A DNA stretch of 64,000 bases, taken from assembly GCA_965644295.1 (NCBI GenBank), contig CBFFRP010000446.1, positions 1 through 64,000 of the forward strand. The letters run 5' to 3'. The stretch comes from Paraphysomonas bandaiensis (Eukaryota > Protista > Chrysophyceae). The notes beneath the pieces are model-generated. The model was not told the DNA's origin and ran no database searches. It saw nothing but the letters and a program-made list of their open reading frames with translations. Position 1 is the first letter of the stretch. Each line of letters starts with the position of its first letter. Made by a program: the position numbers and the translations under genes. Positions 63,414-64,000 of this stretch are shown in pieces.

Positions 63414-64000
63414 GCGGCTATGGCACGATACAGGAGGTTATCTGAGTGTACTGTAATCGTGTTCTGGTTATGTATGTGTGTGTGTGTGTGAGCGTGGCAT
63501 ACTTAAACTGCTCGACGTGTACAGGTACAGCTGTGTAGGTGTACGTGTACATGTACAGCACAGCAGTACAGTGTCAGTGGACTCTACCAGCTACCAGCGT
63601 ATAGTATAGTCATACATCCGTTAAGAAGAAATAACCGAAAGAGATCTAAAAAACTGAAACTGAAAAAAAGAAATGAGTGTGGACTGAAATTATAATCATC
63701 TCTTCAAGATACTTCCGTTTTCAAGTCCTTCACATTAAAGTCTACAAACTGAAACATCCCTTTGTGTCTTCTGAAGATCGATGTACCTGAGGCCTCCAGT
63801 GAGTGTTGTTTTTTTAATGGCTCCAACACACACCCTCCAAGGCTGGACACACACATACACACACAACCCACAGGCGCTGTGCTCATTATTTCCTGGAGAT
63901 TAGTGAGACTCCCGTTAACCACGTGAAGCATGGTAACTCACATTGTTACATCACTGGAGAGATCATTTCACGTGTTTGTTTCATGTAGCCGGCTAAGAAT

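Noticed and set aside
63704-63931. 75-aa ORF at the window end
   Set aside because: Short, no motif, and the context is truncated by the window edge.

Overview
Gene-dense eukaryotic DNA with short GT-AG introns, probably from a protist (the lineage cannot be fixed from sequence alone). The left 9.6 kb is a transposon nest holding two near-identical Ty1/Copia elements. One is complete (3593-8866, 1532-aa gag-pol, TG...TA LTRs, GTGGG target-site duplication) and sits inside a copy of a ~0.4-0.5 kb non-coding retroposon. The rest holds about 14 host genes: TPLATE-like, arylamine N-acetyltransferase, DUF599, a SelO/kinase-like protein, LMF1, a Sec14-PX-TM fusion, a WRN-type exonuclease, a TPR/IQ giant, an IQ protein, a coiled-coil protein, an orphan ORF, a PUB protein, PRMT7 and a B-box/C2/split-FKBP protein. 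Two systems stand out. (1) All six long (TATG)n/(CATA)n arrays (0.24-1.84 kb) lie within ~30-260 bp of a start codon, five of them between head-to-head genes (one partner is a low-confidence ORF), and the remaining gene starts have degenerate purine-pyrimidine tracts; this suggests microsatellite-defined bidirectional promoters. (2) A highly structured SINE/SIDE-like RNA element occurs in 5 copies, four with 12-14 bp target-site duplications, with TA-rich 3' tails, a shared 5' end and an HDV-ribozyme-like core (imperfect: P1 is not clearly present).
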